Made by a program: the position numbers and the translations under genes. Shown one piece after another: positions 1 through 10,014 of a stretch of 39,848 bases of DNA (positions within the stretch are counted from its first letter, which is position 1; every line of letters starts with the position of its first letter). The notes beneath the pieces are model-generated. The model was given only the letters and a program-made list of their open reading frames with translations, did no database searches and was not told where the DNA came from. Origin of the DNA: Octopus bimaculoides (Eukaryota); the NCBI RefSeq assembly GCF_001194135.2, contig NC_068981.1, positions 198,317,336-198,357,183 on the forward strand, in the 5' to 3' direction.

Positions 1-164
1 TATATATATATATATAAGGTTGAGGAGGGTATTGGATTCAACCAAACCCAAAGATACAGGTAATACCGAGTAAGTGCTGTATACCGACTAGTTTTGCCCC
101 AGTCATTGTAGCAACATGAGTGGGGAATATAACATAGGTCGTGTATTAGCATCCTTTTCTCTAT

Positions 165-358
165 TTATACATATATATATATGTTTGTGTGTGTATATGT
201 TGGTGTGTCTGTGTTTGTCCCCCCCCCCAACATCGCTTGACAACCGATGCTGGTGTGTTTACGTCCCCGTCACTTAGCGGTTTGGCAAAAGAGATCGATA
301 GAATAAGTACTAGGCTTACAAAGAATAAGTCCTGGTGTCGATTTGCTCGACTAAAGGC
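165..358 (+). mobile_element. 3' half of a tRNA-derived SINE (Octopus-type), truncated and fused to an RTE tail
   Basis: (TA/TG)n followed by 'ccccccaacatcgcttgacaaccgatgctggtgtgtttacgtcccc...gtcgatttgctcgactaaaggc', which I recognise from memory as an Octopus SINE body; not database-checked. Confidence 0.65.
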
Positions 359-663
359 ACGTGAAAAGCAATATTCGAGCATGGTCATTGCCAGTGCTGC
401 TGGACTGGCTCCCGTGCAGGTAGCACAAAAACACCTTTTGAGCACGGTCGTTGCCAGAACCGCCTGACTGGCCCTTGTGCTGGTGGCACGTAAAAGCATC
501 CACTACACTTTCAGAATGGTTCGCATTAAGAAGGGCATCCATCTGTAGAAACTTTGCCAGATCAGACTGGAGCCTGGTGCAGCCTCTGGCTCACCAGTCC
601 TCAGTCAAACCGTCTAACCCATGCCAGCATGGAAAGTGGACGTGAAACGATAATGATGATGAT
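359..663 (+). mobile_element. RTE LINE 3' UTR with (GAT)n tail
   Basis: Same terminal motif (ggcacgtaaaagca-ccactacact...ccatgc-agcatggaaag-ggacgt-aaacgatgatgat) that ends the RT-bearing copies at 10005-11222 and 21680-22430. Confidence 0.85.
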
Positions 664-991
664 ATATTTCTGTGAGAGTTAGAGGTTGGGAAGTAAACCA
701 GCTAAGGGATAGTACCTGTCCAATAGGTACTGGTAGTGTTCCCAGTTATTAATAACCAAGTGCTGGTTATTGTGTGGCAATTTCACAGTCAAGTGTCATA
801 TATGGGTGGGGGTAAAAAGTGGTTTACCTAGAAAGTTCTATTAAAGAATCTTCTTCTAAATGATGGAATTGTATTGTTTCTTGGTATTGCAGCTGATAAA
901 TTACTGAAATTATATCACAGGTGAATTATATATATTTTCAACAAGAACATTTGTTGGATTAAATATGTTGTACACTTTATATTTATAACAG

Positions 992-1171
992 GTATTTTTG
1001 GTATACCCATAGAAGAAGGAACCACATGTACAGTAATGGCGATGAAGTATTATCTTGATATTCACTCAAATTCTAAAATAAAACATATTTGTTTGATTGA
1101 TGTACGGAAGGAAGTAATCAGAGGTTTTAAGCATCGTCTAGAAACGGTATTTGGAATCAGTGAATGCGAAG
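992..1171 (+). CDS. Macrodomain C-terminal exon of PARP14/15-like gene copy A (phase 1-1, 180 nt)
   Basis: acag|GT at 991/992 and G|gtagga at 1171/1172; translates (G)IFGIPIEEGTTCTVMAMKYYLDIHSNSKIKHICLIDVRKEVIRGFKHRLETVFGISECE, matching the macro GIFG loop, helix and last strand; linkage to downstream PARP exons is inferred. Confidence 0.75.
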
Positions 1172-1193
1172 GTAGGAATTGTTATTTGTTTAA

Positions 1194-1505
1194 TCATCAT
1201 CATCATCATCGTTTAACATCCACTTTCCATGCTAGCATGGGTTGGACGATTTGACTGAGGACTGGTGAACCAGATGGCCACACCAGGCTCCAATCTGATT
1301 TGGCAGAGTTTCTACAGCTGGATGCCCTTCCTAACGCCAACCACTCCGAGAGTGTAGTGGGTGCTTTTTATGTGCCACCGGCACGAAGGCCAGTCAGGTG
1401 GTACTGGCAACGGCCACGCTCAATATGGTGTATTTTACGTGCCACCTGCACAGGAGCCAGTCCAGCAGCACTGGCACATGCCACTGGCACAAGTGCCAGG
1501 AAGGC
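1194..1505 (-). mobile_element. RTE LINE 3' UTR/tail, running into a gap
   Basis: (CAT)n followed by the reverse complement of the RTE terminal motif. Confidence 0.85.
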
Positions 1506-1867
1506 NNNNNNNNNNNNNNNNNNNNNNNNNNNNNNNNNNNNNNNNNNNNNNNNNNNNNNNNNNNNNNNNNNNNNNNNNNNNNNNNNNNNNNNNNNNNNNN
1601 NNNNNNNNNNNNNNNNNNNNNNNNNNNNNNNNNNNNNNNNNNNNNNNNNNNNNNNNNNNNNNNNNNNNNNNNNNNNNNNNNNNNNNNNNNNNNNNNNNNN
1701 NNNNNNNNNNNNNNNNNNNNNNNNNNNNNNNNNNNNNNNNNNNNNNNNNNNNNNNNNNNNNNNNNNNNNNNNNNNNNNNNNNNNNNNAAATGGTTTCTTT
1801 CAGGTGTTAATTAAGATTTTTCCTCCTTCAGTCAACCTTTATCTGATTCCTATTATTGGTTTATGGG

Positions 1868-2295
1868 TAGAGCCATGGATTTGTGGTTAAAAGGCTTCAT
1901 TTCTAACCATGTTGATTCCCAATGTAAGGCAACTCAAGCAAATCTCTTCTAATATGGCCCTGAGCTGACCAACGCCTTGCCAACTGGTGTGGGGGATGGA
2001 AACTGATACAAGGGCCCCTCATATTTGTATTGTGTGTGTGTTTGTACTCTTGTCTTGACATCATGTGATGGCTGTAAACGAGCATCCCCAGCATACAAGT
2101 GAGGTTGTTTGTTTCGTGTCTTCTGTGGAAACCACGTCTGGCCATGGGGAAACGTTACCTTTGCTTGGAAACAGGTGAGGTTCTGCATCAGGAAGAGCAT
2201 CCAGCTATAGAGAGTCTACCTTAATAAACTAACCTGACCCATGCAAGCAGGGAACAATGGATGCTAAAACAAGGATGGTGATGATGATGATGTTT
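1868..2295 (+). mobile_element. Degenerate tRNA-derived SINE with RTE-like (GAT)n tail
   Basis: Eroded tRNA-like head, TG-rich middle, 3' end 'aggaagagcatccagctatag...cccatgcaagcagggaa...gatgatgatga' resembling the RTE tail. Confidence 0.55.
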
Positions 2296-2737
2296 AATGT
2301 ATTGGTGTTGGTAAAATACTCTTGTCTCACTCTGTGAATCCTGTCTTGTATAAATAACAAAGGATAATTATAATTATTTATCTGATGCATTGTAAACATG
2401 ACTATTGTTCATATTCTAATTAATATGAAGTCATAAATTGTTCAAAACAGAAAAAAAAGGCATTTTCAATAAGTGAATGACTTCTCAGTTTCTCTGACTA
2501 AAAAGTTCAATTTAGTGCAATTTTTTTTATGACTTTTTTCTCTTTTGATTTGTTGTTGTCATCTTCAGTAGTGGTGGGGGTGGGGTGGTGGGGGCTCTTT
2601 NNNNNNNNNNNNNNNNNNNNNNNNNNNNNNNNNNNNNNNNNNNNNNNNNNNNNNNNNNNNNNNNNNNNNNNNNNNNNNNNNNNNNNNNNNNNNNNNNNNN
2701 NNNNNNNNNNNNNNNNNNNNNNNNNNNNNNNNNNNNN

Positions 2738-2880
2738 CACCTGTTTTCATGCAAAGGTAAAACTTCCCCATGACCAGGTGTGTTTTCTCAAGGAAGAATG
2801 ACAGTAAACGACATTGCTTTTATGACAATGATGTTCAATTACAACAATCACATGATGTCAAGTCAAGGGTACACCTTCAC
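2738..2880 (-). mobile_element. Partial inverted copy of the SINE at 1868-2295
   Basis: Reverse complement of about 2040-2175 (tgacatcatgtgat ... catggggaa...tacctttgc...aacaggtg). Confidence 0.6.
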
Positions 2881-3020
2881 ACACACACACACACACACAC
2901 ACCCACATACAGCCCACACACACACACACATACAGCCCCCCACACACACACATACACCCCCCACACACACCCACATACACACACATACACCCCCCACACA
3001 CACACATACATACACACACA
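2878..3020. repeat. Compound (CA)n/(CACATA) microsatellite
   Basis: Directly visible. Confidence 0.95.
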
Positions 3021-3459
3021 GTGCCAAGCAGTGATAAGGAAGAAGTAAACGTTGGGTTAGTTAAATGAAATATGTTTGTGATATATTTTAACTTCTAAAG
3101 GCAAATTCACTGTAGTTACCATGGGGAAATAAATTCTCTCTTATGGTAAAAGGTGCAAAATACCATCTCCAACATGGATTCTACTTGTTAACAATATATA
3201 AAAAGTTGAAATTTATAGAAAAATAAAAGATGAAGACAGGTGTATGAACAACAAGCAGGTGTATTAGTTTAACATTCAGGAAAATGAAAAAGTGTTTTAT
3301 ATTTTGAGCCTAAGCTCTTCAACAAAAGGAATAAGAGAAAATAAGGGGAGAGAGAGGATAAAAAAAAACTTGTAGATTTAGTAGTCAAGCCTGGTGAATG
3401 ATTAGAAAAAAGAGTTTGAAAGAAAGGGAAATAATAAAGTGCTTGTGATCCCAAATGAA

Positions 3460-3835
3460 TGTGTGTGAATAGGGGTTAGTGACTCCGACATGTGTAAGTG
3501 TGTGTGTTGTGTGTAGCAGTTGAGGTGTGATTTTTGATGTGGTGTGTGTATCTGTAACTAAATATTATGCATGTATATGGGGTGTATATGTGGGTGTAAG
3601 TTTAATTTTGTCTATGTATGTAGCGTGTGTTAATGCATGTTGCATGTGTATGTATATGTAACCTGTGTTCAGGTATTACGTGCCAGTGTGGGTGTGTGTA
3701 CAGTTACAGTGTGTGTGGCTGCTCATATAATGGTATGTGTGGTGATGCTGTTGAAGATTGTGTGTGGATGTGTGGAAGATGGTGTGTGGTGTGGGTTCTG
3801 GAAAGTGGTCAGTGCTAGTGTGTGTGGAGTGGTAT
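3460..3835. repeat. Degenerate TG-rich low-complexity tract
   Basis: Directly visible; source of the Cys/Val-rich spurious ORFs. Confidence 0.8.
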
Positions 3836-3865
3836 CAATGAAGAAAGGAGGTAGGTATCAGAGGA

Positions 3866-3952
3866 AGAGAGGAGGGGCATTGAGTCCATGTGGCACAAAG
3901 GAGCGAAGAGAGGAGGGGCATTGAGTCCATGTGGCACAAAGGGGCGAAGAGA
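3866..3952. repeat. 41-bp tandem repeat, about 2 copies
   Basis: agagaggaggggcattgagtccatgtggcacaaagg(a/g)gcga; 'tgagtccatg' recurs at 3881 and 3922. Confidence 0.9.
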
Positions 3953-3959
3953 GAATATT

Positions 3960-4500
3960 CATTCCTGTTCACAGAAAAGGCGGGAGTCCGGATGGACCCT
4001 GCGCAAAGATAGTCTGAACACAGACAGATGTTGTATTGAATGTAGAGCAGAAATGATGCGAAACCGGGGTGTCATTGCCAAGTCTGATGTCCTGGAGGTG
4101 CTCCACAAACCGATCAGCCAAGTAGCATCCCGTTTGACTGATGGTGATGTTACTAGAAGTACAGGTAAAGGAGTCGGTGATGTGACAGGGACAAAGATGG
4201 GTGTCTGTGGGGATGGTGGTGTTGGAGAGGTAGTGGTAGGTATGATAGCATGGGTGGGAGAAATAGAATGAGCCAGGTTGGGAGGTGGGGTTAGGGCTAT
4301 GCAGGTTATGGTTTGCTTGAAGGAAGAAAAAAGAAAAGGGTGGGTTGGGGAAGATGTACGAGGTAGAGGGGTCAGACTGGGGTCGCCGGAAGGCTCGGAG
4401 AATGGTGCATTGGATAGGCAGAGTGAAGAGGTGGTAGGTGAGGGGAAACGGGAGCAGGGCAAGCGCAGGGTGAGAGAGCAGAGGCATGGTCCATGGAACA
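3960..4500 (-). mobile_element. Penelope-like element, GIY-YIG endonuclease relic (Neptune/Poseidon-like)
   Basis: Minus frame reads ITDSFTCTSSNI..SQTGCYLADRFVEHLQDIRLGNDTPVSHHF, matching the PLE pattern FTCTSSN-(IYxIxC..C..LYIG)-QTGRxLxDRFxEHLxxI with the central part deleted. Confidence 0.7.
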
Positions 4501-4517
4501 TGCCCTGCCAAGGGTAG

Positions 4518-4630
4518 TGTGGATAGTGGTGGGAGATATCTACATAGTGGTGGGAGATATCCACATAGTGGTGGGAGATATCCACATAGTGGTGGGAGAT
4601 ATCCACATAGTGGTGGGAGATATCCACATA
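4518..4630. repeat. 21-bp minisatellite, about 5.5 copies
   Basis: Unit atagtggtgggagatatccac; explains the repetitive ORFs 3959-4636, 3969-4640 and 4493-4807. Confidence 0.95.
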
Positions 4631-4799
4631 GGACATGCATCAGTATTTATGTCTGCTATCTCACCAATTTTTATTTTCATATTAAATTCCATTATAATCA
4701 TAATATATAATTATTTGTATATAGAGAAAATGGCTTTCACTTTAGCATCCCACAATTTGGAAATAATCCCAGAAAGCATGTTTCGTTTCTTTCAACTTT

Positions 4800-6530
4800 C
4801 TTCGTAGAAGTCAAAATGTCTTCCATCAGTTTTGCAGTTGACATGTTTGTAAAAGTTGAATCAAAAAGGCTTTGATACATCAAAACTCATCAAAAGCTTA
4901 GAGTAGATTCATATATCCATCTCAAAGATCTTATAAATTACAATGAGCAAGGAAGAGACATGGGCCAAATTTGTTTTTGATCTTCCAGCATCATGGATAG
5001 TTCATAATATATGCATGTGAGGAAGACACAAGATGCAATCACCTGTGTTTGTAATTATGGAAAACCTGACCTTTTTTTTTTTTTTACATTTGCTTCAAAT
5101 GAGTGGACAAAAATACATCAATTGACAAGATCTATTGGCCAGAGTGTTTTGCTTGAAGCTAATCAAACTGATGAATCTTAATCAACAATAATTCACAAAT
5201 CTTTTGGTCAATAGAATGTTATATGTATACCACTGAGTGGCAAAAACAAGGTCTGCCTTCTGCTCATATTTTGCTGTGGCTTACCACAAAAATCAACTCC
5301 AATTGAATTGATTCAATAATATCAGCCAAGTTACCCAATCCAGTAATAGATCCAACCCTATTTGAAATAGTCAAGAATCACATGGTGCATGAACCTTGTG
5401 GTTGTATCAATCGCAGTTCACCTCACATGGCTGGTGGTAAATGTACAAAAAGATACCCAAAGAAATTTCTACTTCAAACTCAGTTTAGTGAGTATGGGTA
5501 CCCCTCCCACGCGAGAAGAACACCAGAAGATGGTGGGGTTTCAAACTATGGTTGCCTGCCATGGATTGTACCCTTTTGTCTCTTTGTATCAAAGGCATTC
5601 CATGCTCACATAAATGTTGAATTTTGCAGTTCTGTGAAATCTATTAAATATGTGTGCAAGAACATAAATAAAGGATCCGCTGATGCCATAACTGCCTTAC
5701 AACAAGAAAATGTTCAAGATGAAGGTTCTCAATACAAGCTTGGTAGAAATATCAGCAGCAATGATCCATTCTGGTGTATTTTGGGGTTCCCTATTCATGA
5801 AAGGCATCCAGCAATACAACAGCATCTTGAAAATGGTCTCAGAGAGTTTCTTTCACTAACGAAACACCTGTACATGTAGCCCTGAATCTCAAAGACACAA
5901 CTCTTACAGCATTTTTTAAATTGTGTCAACGAAACGATTCTGTCTTATTACACATGGAGCAACAACACATGGAGCAACAACACATGGCACAGAAAAAAAA
6001 AAAAGAGGAGCTGATGCTGGGAGTCATCCAAGGATAAAATTTGACTCAACAATCAGAAGAATTTACTCTGTGCATCCGAATCACCATGACTGTTTCTTTT
6101 TGAGGCTGCTTCTTCGTGAAATAAGAGGACCGACTTCCTTCGCCTTCCTAAGAACAATTGATGTTAAATTTGTTAGAAAATGACAATCAGTGTTATAGAA
6201 CAACATCTGAGGCTTCAGAGCCATGCACACCGATTTCTTTGAGAGATCTTTTTGCAATTATTCTCAAGATTTGTGAAGTAAATAGTCTATTACAATTGTG
6301 GCAGAAATATAAGAATGATTTATCACAAGACTACAAATATCAAAGTACAATTAAGATTCCCTGAGAGAGAAATAGCATTCAACAATAAAATATATAATTC
6401 TGCATTGGTTGATAGTGAAGATTGTATTGTTTCAGTGGGAGGGGAAGAGCTCTGCAGGATTGGGTCACCTGAAATTCATTGAAGTCAGGTGACTAATGGT
6501 CACAGATGTTTTGTGAGAAACTATATGATA
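4800..6530 (+). mobile_element. Helitron Rep (HUH endonuclease) relic with multiple stops and frameshifts
   Basis: Fragments FHQFAVDMFVKVES, KLRVDSYIHLKD, YGKPDLFFF, TEWQKQGLPSAHILLW (motif II), MVHEPCG, KCTKRYPK, WIVPFC, HINVEFCSSVKSIKYVCKNINKG (Tyr motif), HERHPA, CFFLRLLL, LRDLFAIIL; no helicase part or termini seen. Confidence 0.9.
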
Positions 6531-6884
6531 TTGATTCATTAACCCTTTCGTTACTCTATTTATTGTGGTGGTAGATTTATCCCTATACAGGCAATCTGTG
6601 ATCTTTTTGTTGTTGGGTGTTCATTCTTCTTGTTATTGACTTTTTTTGGCAGCAATACTATTAAAGAAATGCTTTTTGGATGGCTGTTGAATCTGCAGAG
6701 TTCATCCACCCTTTGACAGGTTTTGTTCTTCATCCTGCAGGGTGGCCATCCAGCCTCTGCAAAAGCATTCCTCTTTGCAACCAACGTACCCACCCTGATC
6801 CTACCCTTTCACCCCACTGCTTCCATTTTGCTTCAATAGCAGTATTTAGCTCATGCCATAAAACTCCTTGCTCTCCCAAATTTA

Positions 6885-6963
6885 TGGGGGTTGATGAAAT
6901 AAGGACCAACTGAGCACTGGTGGGGGGTCGATACAATCACCTAGCCACCCCCACCCCACCCCA
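6885..6963 (+). mobile_element. SINE 3' portion; position-paralogous to 22880-22990 (-)
   Basis: ggggttgatgaaataaggaccaactg(a/g)gcactgg...tcgatacaatcac(c/g)tagccacccccaccccacc shared, with the same idiosyncratic variants, with the reverse complement of 22900-22985. Confidence 0.7.
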
Positions 6964-7609
6964 NNNNNNNNNNNNNNNNNNNNNNNNNNNNNNNNNNNNN
7001 NNNNNNNNNNNNNNNNNNNNNNNNNNNNNNNNNNNNNNNNNNNNNNNNNNNNNNNNNNNNNNNNNNNNNNNNNNNNNNNNNNNNNNNNNNNNNNNNNNNN
7101 NNNNNNNNNNNNNNNNNNNNNNNNNNNNNNNNNNNNNNNNNNNNNNNNNNNNNNNNNNNNNNNNNNNNNNNNNNNNNNNNNNNNNNNNNNNNNNNNNNNN
7201 NNNNNNNNNNNNNNNNNNNNNNNNNNNNNNNNNNNNNNNNNNNNNNNNNNNNNNNNNNNNNNNNNNNNNNNNNNNNNNNNNNNNNNNNNNNNNNNNNNNN
7301 NNNNNNNNNNNNNNNNNNNNNNNNNNNNNNNNNNNNNNNNNNNNNNNNNNNNNNNNNNNNNNNNNNNNNNNNNNNNNNNNNNNNNNNNNNNNNNNNNNNN
7401 NNNNNNNNNNNNNNNNNNNNNNNNNNNNNNNNNNNNNNNNNNNNNNNNNNNNNNNNNNNNNNNNNNNNNNNNNNNNNNNNNNNNNNNNNNNNNNNNNNNN
7501 NNNNNNNNCGTGCACATAGGGCAGAGAAACTCGTTGTATGCATTCCCAGTTTACACACACAAATTCACAGGTAAAACATAAATTTTAAAAAAAAAAAAAA
7601 ATTAATTAA

Positions 7610-7912
7610 TGAATGTTGTTTTCACAGCGATAATGCTCTTCTCAGTACATGAGTCGTTCCAATTAGCACGATTTTTTGCACTTCCTGTAGGGATGGTAAG
7701 CCTGGTATCATTTTCAAATAGGTTTCAGTACCTTTTTTTTATCATTCCTAGAGATCCTACAATCACTGGTATGGTAGTCGCCTTGAGGTGCCACATTTTT
7801 TCAATTTCTGTTAGCAAGTCTTTATATTTACTGATCTTGTCAAATTCTTTCGCCGCTATATTATGATCAGAGGGAATACTCATGTCAATTAATAAACGCG
7901 TCTTCTTTGTCT
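7610..7912 (-). mobile_element. R4/Dong-type non-LTR retrotransposon, RLE domain C-terminus
   Basis: Minus strand, joined across small frameshifts: TKKTRLLIDMSIPSDHNIAAKEFDKISKYKDLLTEIEK.WHLKATTIPVIVGSLGMIKKGTETYLKMIPGLPSLQEVQKIVLIGTTHVLRRALSL*. Confidence 0.75.
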
Positions 7913-8155
7913 GATCTTTTTTTTTATTTTTTTATTATTATTATTATTATTGTTATTATTATTATTATTATTTCTTCTTCTTCTTCTTCTTTGTTGAAAC
8001 AAATATTTTCTCTCACTCTTTGTGACCATATTTTTTTCCATACTTGCCCATCTCTTAAGAACACATGTATTAGATAATCATTGACTTATCTAATGCTGAT
8101 TTCTAAAATCACCTATAATGCATCTACAGTACTGTATAATTTGATTGATATATAC

Positions 8156-8186
<31 letters not shown>

Positions 8187-8386
8187 ACAGACTACTCATA
8201 TGACAATGTGTATCATCATCATCGTTTAACATCAACTCTCCATGTTGATAAGATTGGCAAGTTGTCTCAGTTAGTGCGAGTTTCGATTCAGATGTCACTA
8301 CTCATCTAAGACAGACAAAGGGTCCTCATTTTGATCATATTTCAGTTTTGGTTTGGTTTCTAGGGCGAAATGTCCTGATCATCAAC

Positions 8387-8430
<44 letters not shown>

Positions 8431-8432
<2 letters not shown>

Positions 8433-8908
8433 TCATCATCATCGTTTAACGTCTGCTTTCCATGCTAGCATGGGTTGGATGATTTGACTGAGGACTGGTG
8501 AACCAGATGGCCACACCAGGCTCCAATCTGATCTGGCAGAGTTTCTACAGCTGGATGCCCTTCCTAACGCCAACCACTCCGAGAGTGTAGTGGGTGCTTT
8601 TTACGTGCCACCAGCACGAGAGCCAGTCCGGTGGAACTGGCAACGGCCACGCTCAAATGGTGTTTTTTATGTGCCACCTGCACAGGAGTCAGTCCAATGT
8701 TTTATTCACATGCCACCGGCACGTGTGCCGGTAAGGCAAAGCTGGAAACGGTCGTGCTCAAATGGTGCTTTTTATGTGCCACCGGCACAGAAGCGAGACC
8801 GCTGGTTTGACAGTGATCCCACTCAGATGGTGCTGTTAGCACTCCATTGGCACGGGTGCCAGTCATCGAATTTGGTTCAGTTTCGATCTCACTTGCCTCA
8901 ACAGGTCT
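8431..8908 (-). mobile_element. RTE LINE 3' UTR/tail
   Basis: (CAT)n, terminal motif and internal 'gtgccaccggcac' subrepeats; preceded by (TA)n at 8390-8430. Confidence 0.85.
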
Positions 8909-8977
8909 TCATATATATATATACATCATCCATAAACATAAATCTGAAGAAGGAAGCACACTCTGAGTATAGAGCAG

Positions 8978-10014
8978 TATATATTAAAGCTGAATAAGGC
9001 TGGTTTATGGGAATACCTTAGGTTTGACATCCATAAAGGGCTTAACTTTATGGCATATCATCAGATCCCAAAACCTGTTGATAAAGGCCTCTCTAGAATA
9101 TGGAGGAAGAAAAGACATTGTTACTGTCAACAAAGGGGATTGTATCCCTTTGGCTATTGATCGCCGGTGACCCTGTCATCCCATGGGATAACTGTTTCAA
9201 TAGCAGTAGTGGCAGGACCATCACCAGGGACAACAACAATACCAGTGACAACAGCAATGGCAGTCTCCCTGACGGAAATAGCAGTACAGACATTGCCAAT
9301 GACATCTACCACAGCAATGACAGTACCTCCCTCTATGGTGATGGCCATAAGAACAACAATGGCACCTTTACCAACACCAGCAGTGCCAGTTTGAGCAACA
9401 GAGGTGGCAGCGACGCCAGCACCGCCACATGGCCATGGAGATACATCAGCTGTTCTGGGAACTCCTTCAAACAACGCCTCTCTAACCACAGATCCTCCGT
9501 CAGGATATTGGAAAGCAGATTCATAGTGTCATTAGCCAGCCATGTATGGACGATGGGATTCCATACACAACATCATAGAGAATCCTAGAGAACCCAGGCC
9601 CATACATTAATGGGACCAGCTGCTGTAAATTATGCATAGCAGAACGGGCAAGGATCCTAAAGATCCTCAGAGGTCGTACGGAAATTTCTAGTACGGAAAT
9701 CTTCAGACTGTGTTTACATTTCAGGAAATTCCTCCAAGCCTATTGGAACCCACAGGACAACAGGGTCACCAGCGATTGATAGCCAAAGGGGTACGATCCC
9801 TTTTTTTAATATCATTGGTCAGTAGCCAAGGGGAGATAATTACCTTTGTTGACACAGAGTATTGGGGTCCTTTCCCCCCCCCCCCCTTCATATTCTAGAG
9901 ATGCCTTTAGCCAATAGCTTTTGGGATCTGATGATACACCATAAAGCTAAGCCCTTTATGGACAGTAAATCTAAGGTAATCCCATAAACTGGCCTTATCT
10001 AACTTAAATATATA
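8978..10014 (+). mobile_element. Penelope-like element relic: GIY-YIG endonuclease between ~120-bp inverted repeats
   Basis: STKGIV...RYISCSGNSFKQRLSNHRSS...SLASHVW, frameshift, then DGIPYTTS*RILENPGPYINGTSCCKLCIAERARILK...TEIFRLCLHFRKF; arms 8978-9100 and 9891-10014 are reverse complements (about 20 differences by eye). Confidence 0.75.
9922..9984 (+). ncRNA. Degenerate type-I hammerhead ribozyme relic; second copy at 9008-9070 (-)
   Basis: tgggat-CTGATGA-stem II (ccataaag/ctttatgg)-[t]AAA-tc-taa-gg-TA-atccca; G12 of GAAA is missing in both copies, so probably inactive. Confidence 0.5.

Noticed and set aside
892-919. Possible 28-nt micro-exon (ttgcag|...cacag|gtgaat) upstream of the macro exon
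   Set aside because: The only open frame ends in phase 2, incompatible with the phase-1 exon at 992, and lacks the expected AISS residues
3959-4807. 200+ aa ORFs with VDISHHY or GYLPPLC repeats, and a CRISPR-like look of the 21-bp array
   Set aside because: Head-to-tail minisatellite with no spacers, fused to a decayed PLE; not a gene or CRISPR
6540-6560. TTAACCCTTT piggyBac-like terminus
   Set aside because: No partner TIR or TTAA found by eye
7509-7570. Exon-like end at the gap edge (VHIGQRNSLYAFPVYTHKFT, G|gtaaaa)
   Set aside because: The acceptor is hidden in the gap and there is no similarity to copy B exons; cannot be supported
7630-7695. Plus-strand AG/GT-bounded segment (IMLFSVHESFQLARFF)
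   Set aside because: It is the antisense of the RLE retrotransposon fragment
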